A DNA stretch of 64,000 nt, taken from the NCBI GenBank assembly GCA_049720225.1, contig JBNASD010000002.1:1622-65621 (forward strand), given 5' to 3'. This stretch comes from Microgenomates group bacterium (lineage in GTDB: Bacteria > Patescibacteriota > Microgenomatia > PFEM01 > JBNASD01). The first letter of the stretch is position 1. Each line of letters opens with the position of its first letter. Below the pieces are notes generated by a model. The model saw only the letters and a list, made by a program, of their open reading frames with translations, had not been told where the DNA came from and made no database searches. The position numbers were made by a program, and so were the translations under genes. This document shows, one piece after another, positions 8,050 through 18,783 of this stretch.

Positions 8050-8964
8050 TCATTCTATCAGATCAGCGTAGGTACCACTCACCCACCCCTCTTTATCTTC
8101 TTCATATTCGATTTTATACCAACCATTTACCGTTTCTCCTAAATAAGGAAAAGTTTCTCCTGGCTTTGCTTTCCCTAATTCTTCTCCACTAGTAGAAGGT
8201 TTGCTTCTTATTCTCAGCCAACCAGTGGGAGTATTTTTAATCTCAACGTAAGGCTTCTTTAAAGAAGTAGTTGAATTTGACTTAACTAAAGGAGTAGGAG
8301 AAGGCATTGGTTTTCCACTTGAAGTCGCCTCCTCTGCTTCTTTTTTTGAAGCCATTTCCTCTATTCCTTCGATTTCTTTAGCCAATTTGGCATTAATTAA
8401 TAATTTATAACCGGCAATTAATTTAATAGAAATTGTTCTTGATTTATAACCAGGAGCAGCAATTTCTATTTGATAACTTCCTGGGGGAATTTCTTCATTT
8501 AAAAAGGGAGTAAATCCTTTTGGTTCTCCTCCTAACTTTACCACTGCTTGTTCGGGAAAAGAAATTACTGCCAAACTTGCTTTTCTTTTGTTTTCTATCT
8601 TTTCTAACCAAACTACCTGTCCTCCTGATTCCGCTTCTGAGGAAGCTAATTCTCTTTTAATAGAAGTTAAAATACCTGCTGGCAAGTTTATTTTTCCCTC
8701 CCAAGGAATTAACTCATTTGACTCGGGAACTAATTTAATTCGGTGCTCTCCTGGTTCAATTTTATCATTGTAATATGGTTTTTCTAAAGAAGCGGTACCC
8801 ACCTGAACATTATCAATAAAAACTGCTGTTTGTGGCGAAGAAGAAATTGAAATTACGGCAAGTTTAGGGGTAGAAAAAATTTTTTTAAAGACTAAAAAAC
8901 CTAAAAGAAGAATTAAAATTAAACCAAAAAAAAGCAACCATTTTTTATTAAAGGAAAGTTTCAT
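8050..8964 (-). CDS. Membrane-anchored PEGA-repeat protein with C-terminal bacterial SH3 domain
   Basis: N-terminal TM; two PEGA-like repeats (SSSPQTAVFID, ISFPEQAVVKL); Pro/Ser linker; TGWLRIRSKPS...GWYKI...GWVSG SH3b. Confidence 0.8.
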   Translation of the reverse strand: MKLSFNKKWLLFFGLILILLLGFLVFKKIFSTPKLAVISISSSPQTAVFIDNVQVGTASLEKPYYNDKIEPGEHRIKLVPESNELIPWEGKINLPAGILTSIKRELASSEAESGGQVVWLEKIENKRKASLAVISFPEQAVVKLGGEPKGFTPFLNEEIPPGSYQIEIAAPGYKSRTISIKLIAGYKLLINAKLAKEIEGIEEMASKKEAEEATSSGKPMPSPTPLVKSNSTTSLKKPYVEIKNTPTGWLRIRSKPSTSGEELGKAKPGETFPYLGETVNGWYKIEYEEDKEGWVSGTYADLIE

Positions 8965-9044
8965 TATTTTAAAATAACATATTAACTTTAATAACGCAAC
9001 TTTCTTTAAAAATAATTTTTGTGATAAAATAGGAGTAATTTATT

Positions 9045-9116
9045 GGCGCGATGGCGAAGTGGAAACGCAGCTGTCTGCAAAACAGCTATGCGGGGGTTCG
9101 ATTCCCCCTCGCGCCT
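9045..9116 (+). tRNA. tRNA-Cys(GCA)
   Basis: Acceptor GGCGCGA/TCGCGCC, anticodon arm GCTGT-CTGCAAA-ACAGC, GGTTCGATTCC T-arm. Confidence 0.95.
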
Positions 9117-9167
9117 CTAAAATAAATTTTATTTGACTTTTTCCCTCTCTTTTGTTAAAATTATTTC

Positions 9168-9198
9168 AATCTTCCCATAATCTGGGAAGATTTTTTTT
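9168..9198 (+). terminator. Intrinsic terminator-like hairpin
   Basis: AATCTTCCCA-taatc-TGGGAAGATT followed by a T run. Confidence 0.6.
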
Positions 9199-9216
9199 GG
9201 GCTAATAGCCCGGTTT

Positions 9217-9906
9217 ATGATTTTAAACTTTAACTTTAATCGAGGTCAGCTGGCGATTATTTTAAAACGCCAGCCTGGACGTCGAAAAAAAACAAAACTT
9301 CAAAAACTTCAAAATTCTTTACTTCAAATCAAAAGATTTTTTAAAAACCACCGATACCGTGGTCATCCTTTAAGTCGGGTTTTCCGGTTTATTTTTGAAA
9401 ATAAAAGGGCAAGAAAAATCTTGGGATTTAATCTTTTTACCATCGTTTTAATAGGAAGTATTGTTTCTCCTTCTTATTCAGCTATTTCTACTCAAGAAGC
9501 AGAAATTATTACCGTAAACCCTCAAATAATTCAATTAACTACTGAAAAATCAATTCGTTATCCGTTAGATTCCGTTCGAATAACGCAGGGTTATCACCGA
9601 TTTCATTCTGCAATTGATTTTGGGGAAACGGTTGGTTCTCCTGTTTACCCAATAATGGATGGATTAGTGGAAGAAATTTCTTATCAACGTTTTGGTTATG
9701 GAAACTATATAATTATTAACCATGGCTCCGGCTTTAAATCTTTGTATGCTCACTTTTCTAAAATCACTGTCAAAAAAGGCCAAGAAGTTGATAAAAACAC
9801 TGTAATTGGTTTAATTGGAGCAAGTGGTTGGGCCACCGGCCCTCACCTCCATTTGGAAGTTTGGGATCATAATCAACCCTTTAATCCCCTAACGATTTTG
9901 AAATAA
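9217..9906 (+). CDS. M23 family metallopeptidase (peptidoglycan endopeptidase)
   Basis: HSAIDF (HxxxD), YGNYIIINH, YAHF, TGPHLHLE; TM upstream. Confidence 0.92.
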   Translation: MILNFNFNRGQLAIILKRQPGRRKKTKLQKLQNSLLQIKRFFKNHRYRGHPLSRVFRFIFENKRARKILGFNLFTIVLIGSIVSPSYSAISTQEAEIITVNPQIIQLTTEKSIRYPLDSVRITQGYHRFHSAIDFGETVGSPVYPIMDGLVEEISYQRFGYGNYIIINHGSGFKSLYAHFSKITVKKGQEVDKNTVIGLIGASGWATGPHLHLEVWDHNQPFNPLTILK

Positions 9907-9910
9907 ACAA

Positions 9911-10474
9911 CTATCTTTTAGAAACAAATTTATTATCTTTAAGATAAAAGCGCCAAGGAATTTTTGCCCAATAAGGGCCAGCGTAATCAATACCAATCCG
10001 CGGAGATTTAGCAATTTGCTTTAGGAAAATTTTTTCTCCCTCTTCTATCCAAATTCTTTTTGAACTACATATATCTTCTCCATAAAAACTTTTATCAAGT
10101 TTTAGGGCTCGGCATAGCTTTCCTGGCCCGTTGGTAGATTCATTTATTCCCTCAACCGGCTCTAAAGCTCTAATTAATACACAAGTTGGTTTTCCTTCTG
10201 TTTCTGTAGAAATATTTAACTGCCAATACATTCCATAAACTAAATAGATATAAATATGCCCCCCAATCATAAATTCCGCCTGATTTCTTTTAGTTTTCTT
10301 CCCTAAATAGGCATGGGAAGCTTTATCATATGGTCCGATATAAGCTTCAGTCTCCACAATCTTTCCCGCTAACCTTTTTCCCCGCCAAATTCTTACCAGA
10401 ATTTTTCCCAAAAGTTGACGGGCAACTTTTAAGGTTGGTTGAGTAAAAAATTCCCTTTTTAAACGACTTTTCAT
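9911..10474 (-). CDS. mpg: 3-methyladenine DNA glycosylase (AAG/MPG family)
   Basis: IVETEAY, YIYLVYGM, VLIRALEP, NGPGKLC, PRIGI, PWRF. Confidence 0.93.
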   Translation of the reverse strand: MKSRLKREFFTQPTLKVARQLLGKILVRIWRGKRLAGKIVETEAYIGPYDKASHAYLGKKTKRNQAEFMIGGHIYIYLVYGMYWQLNISTETEGKPTCVLIRALEPVEGINESTNGPGKLCRALKLDKSFYGEDICSSKRIWIEEGEKIFLKQIAKSPRIGIDYAGPYWAKIPWRFYLKDNKFVSKR

Positions 10475-10521
10475 TTTTTTATTCCTTTATTATAAAATTC
10501 TTTATATTATAAAATAAAAAA

Positions 10522-11028
10522 ATGCGCTTAAAAATTATCAGATCTTTTCGTCGTCAAAAAACTGCCAGCGCTCAATTAAAAAATGGCATTTTGGAAGTTC
10601 GACTACCTGCTTGGATTTCCGAAAAAGAATCGCAAAAAATAATTAAAAATTTTATTGCCAGAGTTAAAAGAAAACATTCAATAATTACCAATAATAAACA
10701 ACTTAAAAAATTAGCCGATCAATTAAATAATCAATATTTTGAGGGAAAATTAAAATATAAAATTTATTGGTCAAAAAATCAAAACTCATTAGAAGGCAGT
10801 TGTTCTTATAAAAAAGGAGTTGTTAGAATTTCTTATCGCCTTAAAACTTTACCAAAATGGGTATTAAAAGCAGTTATTGTCCATGAACTTACCCATCTTT
10901 TAGTTCCTAACCATTCTCAAAAATTCTGGGAAATTGCCAATCGTTATCCCTTAATGGAACGAGCAAGAGGATATTTATTGGCATGGGAAAAATTTGGAGA
11001 GGAAAAAATAAAAAAACTGCCCAAATAA
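10522..11028 (+). CDS. YgjP/DUF45-like zinc metallo-hydrolase
   Basis: VIVHELTHLLVPNHSQKFW (HExxH...H). Confidence 0.8.
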   Translation: MRLKIIRSFRRQKTASAQLKNGILEVRLPAWISEKESQKIIKNFIARVKRKHSIITNNKQLKKLADQLNNQYFEGKLKYKIYWSKNQNSLEGSCSYKKGVVRISYRLKTLPKWVLKAVIVHELTHLLVPNHSQKFWEIANRYPLMERARGYLLAWEKFGEEKIKKLPK

Positions 11029-11059
11029 ATAAAATTTAATCTCTCCTTTTAGTGTCTAA

Positions 11060-12673
11060 TTACATTTCCGGCATCTCTTCCGAAGATTTTTTCTCTTCTT
11101 TTTCTGGAAGATCAGTTACTAAACACTCGGTAGTTAAAACCATCGTCGCAATAGAAACCGCATTTTGAACCGCGGTTCGAGTTACCTTAGCCGGATCAAT
11201 AATTCCTGCTTTTATCATATCAACATATTCACCTGTTAAAACATTTAATCCTACTCCTTTTTGTTTCTTTCTAATTTCCGCAACCACCACATTGCCATCA
11301 AATCCGGCGTTTTCTGCTAATAATTTTGTTGGTACCTCCAATGCTTTTCGAAGAATTTCTGCACCCGTTAATTCATCGCCTGTTAAACCTTTGGAATCAA
11401 TTTCTTTTGCTGCTTGAAGCAAAACAACCCCTCCTCCCGGCACAATTCCTTCCTCAATTGCTGCTTTTGTTGCCGCTACCGCATCTTTTACTCTTTCTTG
11501 CTTTTCTTTCATTTCTGTTTCAGTTGCTGCTCCTACTTCAATTACCGCTACCCCACCGGCTAATTTTGCCAATCTCTCTTCTAATTTTTCTTTATCATAA
11601 TCAGAAGTAGCTTTTTCTATTTCTTTTTTAATTTGATTAATTCTATCCTCAATCGCCTTTTTATCTCCTTTTCCACCAACGATAATTGTGTTTTCCTTAT
11701 CAGCAGTTACCCGATCAGCACGTCCTAAATCCTCTACTCTCACATCTTCTAGTTTTCTTCCCAATTCTTCAGAAATTACATTCCCACCGGTTAAAATGGC
11801 AATATCTTGAAGTATTTCTTTTCTCCGGTCACCAAATCCTGGCGCTTCAACCGCTAACACATTAAAGGTTCCTCTTAATTTGTTAACAATTAAAGTTGCC
11901 AATGCTTCTCCTTCCACTCCATCGGCAATAATCACTAAGTTTTTAGTTACCTTTACTGCTCTCTCTAAGAAAGGAACCAACTCTTGGACACCAGAAATTT
12001 TTTTATCGGTAATTAAAATATAAGCATCTTCTACCGTTGCTTCCATTGTGTCGGGATTAGTAATAAAGTAAGGAGAAATAAAACCTTTATCAAACTCCAT
12101 TCCTTCCTTATAATCAATCTCAATTTCCAAGCCTTTTCCTTCTTCAACTGTTACTACGCCATTGGGGCCTACTTTCTTTAAAGCTTCGGCAATTTTTTTG
12201 CCGATTTCCTCATTTTGAGCAGAAATAGTGGCTACTTGAGTAATTTTATCGCTATCGTCTTTAATTTCTTGAGCTTGTTTTTTAATTGAGGCAACCACTT
12301 GTTCTGCCGCTTTTTGAATCCCTTGAATCAAAATCATTGGGTTAGCACCGGCAGTAATATTTTTGATTCCTTCAGCAACAATTGCCTGGGTTAAAACAGT
12401 AGCGGTAGTCGTTCCATCTCCGGTAACATCGTTGGTTTTTTCCGCGGCTTCTTTAACTAACTGAGCTCCCATATTTTCAAAGGGATCTTGAAGGTCAATT
12501 TCTTTTGCCACAGAAACCCCATCATGAACCACTGAGGGAGCCCCCCATTTTTTATCTAATGCCACATTTCGACCTTTGGGGCCTAAGGTTGTCCCTACTG
12601 CTTTGGCAACCGCATCAATTCCTCTTTTAATTTTTTCTCTTGCTTTTTCGCCATATAAAAGTTGTTTTGCCAT
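11060..12673 (-). CDS. groEL: Chaperonin GroEL
   Basis: [24 protein letters not shown]; strong SD AGGAGG. Confidence 0.99.
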   Translation of the reverse strand: MAKQLLYGEKAREKIKRGIDAVAKAVGTTLGPKGRNVALDKKWGAPSVVHDGVSVAKEIDLQDPFENMGAQLVKEAAEKTNDVTGDGTTTATVLTQAIVAEGIKNITAGANPMILIQGIQKAAEQVVASIKKQAQEIKDDSDKITQVATISAQNEEIGKKIAEALKKVGPNGVVTVEEGKGLEIEIDYKEGMEFDKGFISPYFITNPDTMEATVEDAYILITDKKISGVQELVPFLERAVKVTKNLVIIADGVEGEALATLIVNKLRGTFNVLAVEAPGFGDRRKEILQDIAILTGGNVISEELGRKLEDVRVEDLGRADRVTADKENTIIVGGKGDKKAIEDRINQIKKEIEKATSDYDKEKLEERLAKLAGGVAVIEVGAATETEMKEKQERVKDAVAATKAAIEEGIVPGGGVVLLQAAKEIDSKGLTGDELTGAEILRKALEVPTKLLAENAGFDGNVVVAEIRKKQKGVGLNVLTGEYVDMIKAGIIDPAKVTRTAVQNAVSIATMVLTTECLVTDLPEKEEKKSSEEMPEM

Positions 12674-12682
12674 TTTACCTCC

Positions 12683-13006
12683 TTATTCTTCAATTACTGC
12701 CATAATATCAGAGAATTTAACAAAAATATATTCTTTACCAGTAAAATCAAATTTTACCTCATCACCACCCCATTTTTTATAAATAACAATATCATTGACT
12801 TTAAATTGAGGAACAATTTTCTTTCCCTCCTCAATTAAAGGCGCACCCACTGCTAATACTTTTCCTTTTTGTGATTTTTCATCATGGGTATCAGGCAAAA
12901 CAATTCCTCCTGCTGTCTTTTTTTCAATTTCCAAAGGCTCAATTAAAGCATACCCAGGCATCGGTTTAATTTTTGGTAAATTGGAATTACTCTTCGTCCT
13001 TGGCAT
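12683..13006 (-). CDS. groES: Co-chaperonin GroES
   Basis: KTAGGIVLPD mobile loop, GKVLAVG; directly upstream of groEL. Confidence 0.96.
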   Translation of the reverse strand: MPRTKSNSNLPKIKPMPGYALIEPLEIEKKTAGGIVLPDTHDEKSQKGKVLAVGAPLIEEGKKIVPQFKVNDIVIYKKWGGDEVKFDFTGKEYIFVKFSDIMAVIEE

Positions 13007-13056
13007 TTTTAAAAGATAATCAATCTAACGGAACATTAGAAGATTTCTGAAAATGT

Positions 13057-13085
13057 ATTATAAAAATTCAAAAGAAATTTGTCAA
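13057..13085 (-). promoter_or_regulatory. Consensus sigma70 promoter of groESL
   Basis: TTGACA-N17-TATAAT on the minus strand. Confidence 0.8.
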
Positions 13086-13094
13086 GAGTGTTTT

Positions 13095-15644
13095 TTAATT
13101 TTTTATTAACTTTATTTCAAAAAATAAATCTTTATTGAAATCAAGTTTAAAAGAATAAAAATCTTTATCATAAACGGCGATTGGTTTTTGAGGAATAATC
13201 ACCCAATCACGAGAGGCTTTTATTTTAAAAGAAAATTTTTCTGGTTTTATTCCTGATTGTTTTTGGACTAAAAAGAACCAATTATTTTTAAAGAAGGAAG
13301 AAACTGTCCAAGGTAAGAAATAATAAACTTCTACTTCTAAACTATCTGCCGGAGGTACCTCTACTAAAAATCCAAAAATAGTTTTTTCTTTCTCTTCTTC
13401 AATTTTTATTTTATCTTTTTCTACTGCCTTTCCTCCAATTTTTAACTCCATTAATTCGCTTTTTTTAGGGACGATTATTCGTAAATAATTTTTGTATTTT
13501 CCACCGGGAAATTTTTCGGAAGTACTTTTGTTAACATAGCTAATGATTAAACTTTTTTTAATTCTTCCTTCAGAATCAATTTCGGCAAAATGGTCAACAT
13601 TTCTTTCAACAAAATAATTAACTTTATTCACTCCTAAATTTGCCTCTACAATCATCAAATAGTCTCCAAAACATTCTTCTTCTTGTTCTTTACTAAGTTT
13701 TTGACAATTAATATTTTTTAATCCTCCATCCCAACCTAAATTAAAAATTTCTTTTTGTTCTTGAGAATTATTAAAATAAAGCAAAATATTTTTTTCTTCT
13801 AAAGAACGATATAAAGCATAGGCAATTTCTAGCTTTTTTTTGTTTTCTGCTTTTTTAATCTCACTGAAAAGAACCCGAGCTACTTTTCCTAAAAAATCTT
13901 GTTTTTGAGTTGAGCCGGGAAAAAATCCTACTTCAGAATAATATTCTGCTCGTTCAAAAAAATTATCAGCGTTAATTTTTTCTTCGTAATCAGGAATTTC
14001 TATCTCTCCTATTGCCTTAAGAAGATCTTGAATAAAGTAAATATTAATTCCTATCACCCCATCAACTGTCCGCCCTGTTTCTTTATCTAAAAACCACTGA
14101 GCTTTTTGAGCTACTGTAGGAAAATCGGGGTCCCAATTAACATCTCGAAGATACCAATTAGCCTCGCCTAAATATTTTTTTATTTCCTCTGGAGGTTCAA
14201 CATGACCTTTAAGTTGGCCGTCTGCCCAATAAACATCTTGAACCTCAAAATCAATTAATCTTCCTTTATTAAATGTTAAAAAAGCAATGGAACCAATAAA
14301 CCCTCCTGTTGGTCTTAACTCTGCTGAATTTTGTAAAAGAACTAAATAGGTTCTTTTTTCTTTTTCCCCCAATAATGAAGGAAAAATATTTAAAAAGCCT
14401 TTGGTTTTAATTAAAACGTTTTTTAATTCTTTATTTCTTTCTTTTAATTCACCAAAATTTCCTCTTAACCAAATTTGTTTTGTTAACCAATTTTTTTCTT
14501 TTTTAATTTCTACCTCTTTTTCTAGAATAGAAAAATAAAAATATAATTCATCGAGATCTGCCTTTATTTCTTCAGTTAATGATAAAAGGTTAGTCTCCCT
14601 TTCTTTTCCTAAAACAAAATTAAAAATTTCTTCTCCTTTTTGGGTAACTTCAGTAGTTTTAATTAATAAAGAATTTAATTTCTTTAAATCTGAAATACCA
14701 TCGAATGAAGGAAATAAATTAAAAAATTTTTTTCCCAAAAGAAAACTTTTTTTTGCTGAAGAAAAATCCCCTTCTATGGCATTATTTATTCCCTTTTTTA
14801 GAAAATTTATTCCTAAAAAAAAGCCCAATCCATAAAAAAGGAAAAAGAAAAATAATAGCAACAAGAAAAAAATTCCTGATTTAAATTTTTTTTCTTTTAC
14901 TGGTAATTCTTTATGGGAAACGGAAAGAATTTCTTTTAAAGTAACGAAGGAAGGTTTTTCTCCTGAAGTTTTTTTCTGAAAGAAAGGCTTTTGTTTTTTA
15001 CTAAGAAAAAATTCTTCGGTTTCTTTGATTCCTTCTTCTAATGGAGTAATTGGTTGCCAATTTAAATCTTTTTCCCCCGTAGATGAAAGAGAAAATTTTT
15101 TTCCGCTGGTATGAGGCAAAAAAATTGCTTTTAAAATTCCCAAAACCGCATCGGTAATAAATAACGCAGGAAGAGAAAAATTTTTTTGTTTTAATAACCA
15201 AAAATCCTTTTCATCCATTCCTGGACCGTAAACAAAAGGAATTTCTAATATCCGAAAATTAACTTGAGAGAAATTTTTTTTAATTTCTTCTAAAGAAAGT
15301 TCGCTATTTAAAATTAAAATTTTTGCTTTATTTTTCTCCGCTAATCCCAAAAGGCTTTTGGTTAATTCCGAAGATTTTCCTAAATCTAAAATATAATCAA
15401 TTTTTTCGGCAATAATTTCTGCAGGAAAAAAAATTACTGACGAGTCAAAATTAAAAGAAAGACATAAAAAATCATTACCCAATAATTTTTTTTCTATAAT
15501 TTCTTTTTTAGAAGAAGGAGCGAGAATAATTACCCGACAACCTTGAGCAAACAGCGCTTTACTTAAAAATAAAGACAAAAAATCATCTTGAGAAACAATT
15601 AAAACTTGCGGTTTTTGGGTTTTATTAATCTGGGCAGTAATCAC
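13095..15644 (-). CDS. DUF4012-like membrane protein with degenerate N-terminal epimerase/Rossmann-like region
   Basis: YLVLLQNSAELRPTGGFIGS, LRDVNWDPDFP, EANLGVNKVN, YKNYLRI; N-terminus has VLIVS..FLSLFLSKAL and VYGPGM; one TM. Confidence 0.75.
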   Translation of the reverse strand: MITAQINKTQKPQVLIVSQDDFLSLFLSKALFAQGCRVIILAPSSKKEIIEKKLLGNDFLCLSFNFDSSVIFFPAEIIAEKIDYILDLGKSSELTKSLLGLAEKNKAKILILNSELSLEEIKKNFSQVNFRILEIPFVYGPGMDEKDFWLLKQKNFSLPALFITDAVLGILKAIFLPHTSGKKFSLSSTGEKDLNWQPITPLEEGIKETEEFFLSKKQKPFFQKKTSGEKPSFVTLKEILSVSHKELPVKEKKFKSGIFFLLLLFFFFLFYGLGFFLGINFLKKGINNAIEGDFSSAKKSFLLGKKFFNLFPSFDGISDLKKLNSLLIKTTEVTQKGEEIFNFVLGKERETNLLSLTEEIKADLDELYFYFSILEKEVEIKKEKNWLTKQIWLRGNFGELKERNKELKNVLIKTKGFLNIFPSLLGEKEKRTYLVLLQNSAELRPTGGFIGSIAFLTFNKGRLIDFEVQDVYWADGQLKGHVEPPEEIKKYLGEANWYLRDVNWDPDFPTVAQKAQWFLDKETGRTVDGVIGINIYFIQDLLKAIGEIEIPDYEEKINADNFFERAEYYSEVGFFPGSTQKQDFLGKVARVLFSEIKKAENKKKLEIAYALYRSLEEKNILLYFNNSQEQKEIFNLGWDGGLKNINCQKLSKEQEEECFGDYLMIVEANLGVNKVNYFVERNVDHFAEIDSEGRIKKSLIISYVNKSTSEKFPGGKYKNYLRIIVPKKSELMELKIGGKAVEKDKIKIEEEKEKTIFGFLVEVPPADSLEVEVYYFLPWTVSSFFKNNWFFLVQKQSGIKPEKFSFKIKASRDWVIIPQKPIAVYDKDFYSFKLDFNKDLFFEIKLIKN

Positions 15645-15738
15645 GTTTTTATCTTAAAAAAAACCGAAAATCTTTGCAACCACAAAAAATATTTTTTTAA
15701 TATTATAAGATTACTAAAAATTTGTCTTTCAAGTTCAA

Positions 15739-16164
15739 CTAAAGGGCACTATCGGGGGCAGGTTCGGAAGGTACAAGAAAATGGGCTTTATTCTTTTTTC
15801 GATTTATAAAATTGTAAGAAATAGAAAAAGAAATATTTTTTTCTAGCTCTTTTATTTTTTTCTGAAGTAATTTAAGATTTTCGTTTTTAATTTTAAAATT
15901 ACCATTAAGTTGATTCACTACTAATTGAGAATCTAAAAAAAATTTAACTTTAAACTTTTCTCTTTTTGAAAAATTTTCTTTTAGCCATTTTAAGGCTTCT
16001 AAAACCGCAATATATTCTGCCTTGTTATTAGTAGTATAACCAATAAATTTTCCCTTTTTAATAATGGTCTTTCCTTTAGAGTCTTTCACTATAAAACCTA
16101 TCCCTCCTGGACCAGGATTTCCTTTTGCTCCCCCATCGGTATAAACATAAAAAATTTCTTCCAT
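15739..16164 (-). CDS. rnhA: Ribonuclease HI (archaeal/actinobacterial-like type)
   Basis: YTDGGAKGNPGPGG, TNNKAEY, LDSQLVVNQLNG. Confidence 0.88.
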   Translation of the reverse strand: MEEIFYVYTDGGAKGNPGPGGIGFIVKDSKGKTIIKKGKFIGYTTNNKAEYIAVLEALKWLKENFSKREKFKVKFFLDSQLVVNQLNGNFKIKNENLKLLQKKIKELEKNISFSISYNFINRKKNKAHFLVPSEPAPDSAL

Positions 16165-16185
16165 AGGTGTTATTATATATTATTA

Positions 16186-16488
16186 ATGAAAATTTTTTTA
16201 AAAATTAAAAAGGCAGTCAAAAAAATTCCTCCAGGAAAAGTAACTACTTACGGAGAGATTGCTCGATTTTTAAAGATTAATAATCCCAAAATTGTTGGTT
16301 GGGCTCTTCATCAAAATAATGACCCAGCTGTCCCCTGTCACCGTGTAGTTAATCGTTTTGGTAAATTAGCAAAAAATTATGCTTTCGGAGGTATCCAAAA
16401 ACAGAAAGAAAAATTAAAAAAAGAGGGGGTAAAATTTAAAGACGAAAATACCGTAGATTTAAAAGCTTCCTTTTGGTCATTTTTTTGA
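16186..16488 (+). CDS. Short O6-methylguanine-DNA methyltransferase family protein
   Basis: IPPGKVTTYGEIA, PCHRVV. Confidence 0.9.
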   Translation: MKIFLKIKKAVKKIPPGKVTTYGEIARFLKINNPKIVGWALHQNNDPAVPCHRVVNRFGKLAKNYAFGGIQKQKEKLKKEGVKFKDENTVDLKASFWSFF

Positions 16489-17676
<1,188 letters not shown>

Positions 17677-17693
17677 ATATAATTAATTTTAAG

Positions 17694-17915
17694 ATGCAAG
17701 AATTAGGAAGAATAATTATTAATTTAGGAATTATCCTTATTTTTGTTGGCGGAATTTTTTGGCTTTTAGGGAAACTTCCTTTTATTGGCAAATTACCAGG
17801 AGATATTATTATTAAAAAAGAAAATTTTTCTTTTTATGCTCCTTTGGGAACAATGCTTCTTTTAAGTTTAATTCTCTCTTTAATCTTTACTCTTATCTCT
17901 AATTTTAAGAAGTAA
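17694..17915 (+). CDS. DUF2905 small membrane protein
   Basis: GKLPGDIIIKKENFSFYAPLGTMLLLS; probable ATG at 17694. Confidence 0.85.
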   Translation: MQELGRIIINLGIILIFVGGIFWLLGKLPFIGKLPGDIIIKKENFSFYAPLGTMLLLSLILSLIFTLISNFKK

Positions 17916-18783
17916 TCTTTTGGCGCAAAAAAGCCATTAATTCTTCCTTTATTTCTTCTCTCTCTAAAGCAAATTCTATATTGGTCTTAAGCCAAGATAG
18001 AGGGTCACCGGTGGTTAACCAAGTACCTTTAATTGGCTGAGCGATAACAACCTCTTTTTTTGCTAAAGTGTTTAAAGCATCCGCTAACCACAACTCTCCC
18101 CCTTTTCCTAATTTTTGTTTTTTAAGGACTTCAATTACTTTCCAAGTTAAAATAAATCTTCCAAATTGAGCCATATTTGAAGGCGCTTTTTCTTTAGGCA
18201 TTTTTTCTAAAATAGAATGAACTTGATAAGGAACTTTTCCTTTTTTTCGATATTTTATGCTTCCATATTTATGAATCTCCTCCCACGAAACCTCCTGAAC
18301 TCCCAATACCGCTGCCGGTTGATATTTTTGCCACACACTCGCTAGTTGTTTTATGGCGGGAACTTTGCTTTTAACAATATCATCGCCAAAAAGATAGGCA
18401 AATGGCTCATTTTTTCCTAATAAAGGCGCAGCTACCAAAAGCGGCGTTCCGTTTCCATAAGGATAATCTTTTGTTTGGCGCAAATAGACAAAATTGGCTA
18501 GCCGAGGAATTTGTTGAACCATTTTTAAATATTCAGTTTTCCCATTGGCTTCTAACATATTTTCTAAAGCAGGCGAAGAATCAAAATGATCTTCTAAAGT
18601 GTGTTGCCCAGCTCGGGTAACAATAATAATTTCTCTAATTCCCGAAGCAACTAGTTCCTCTACCAAATATTGAATAATCGGTTTATCCAATAAAGGAAGC
18701 ATTTCTTTTGGTTGAACCTTAGTAGCGGGAAGAAATCTTGTGCCGTAACCGGCGGCGGCGATAACTGCTTTGGTAATTTTCAT
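17905..18783 (-). CDS. galU: UTP--glucose-1-phosphate uridylyltransferase
   Basis: AAGYGTRFLPATKVQPKEMLP, GELWLADA. Confidence 0.92.
   Translation of the reverse strand: MKITKAVIAAAGYGTRFLPATKVQPKEMLPLLDKPIIQYLVEELVASGIREIIIVTRAGQHTLEDHFDSSPALENMLEANGKTEYLKMVQQIPRLANFVYLRQTKDYPYGNGTPLLVAAPLLGKNEPFAYLFGDDIVKSKVPAIKQLASVWQKYQPAAVLGVQEVSWEEIHKYGSIKYRKKGKVPYQVHSILEKMPKEKAPSNMAQFGRFILTWKVIEVLKKQKLGKGGELWLADALNTLAKKEVVIAQPIKGTWLTTGDPLSWLKTNIEFALEREEIKEELMAFLRQKITS

Noticed and set aside
13007-13094. Possible CIRCE/HrcA operator upstream of groES
   Set aside because: Only a CACTC fragment lies next to the -35; the TTAGCACTC-N9-GAGTGCTAA inverted repeat is absent.
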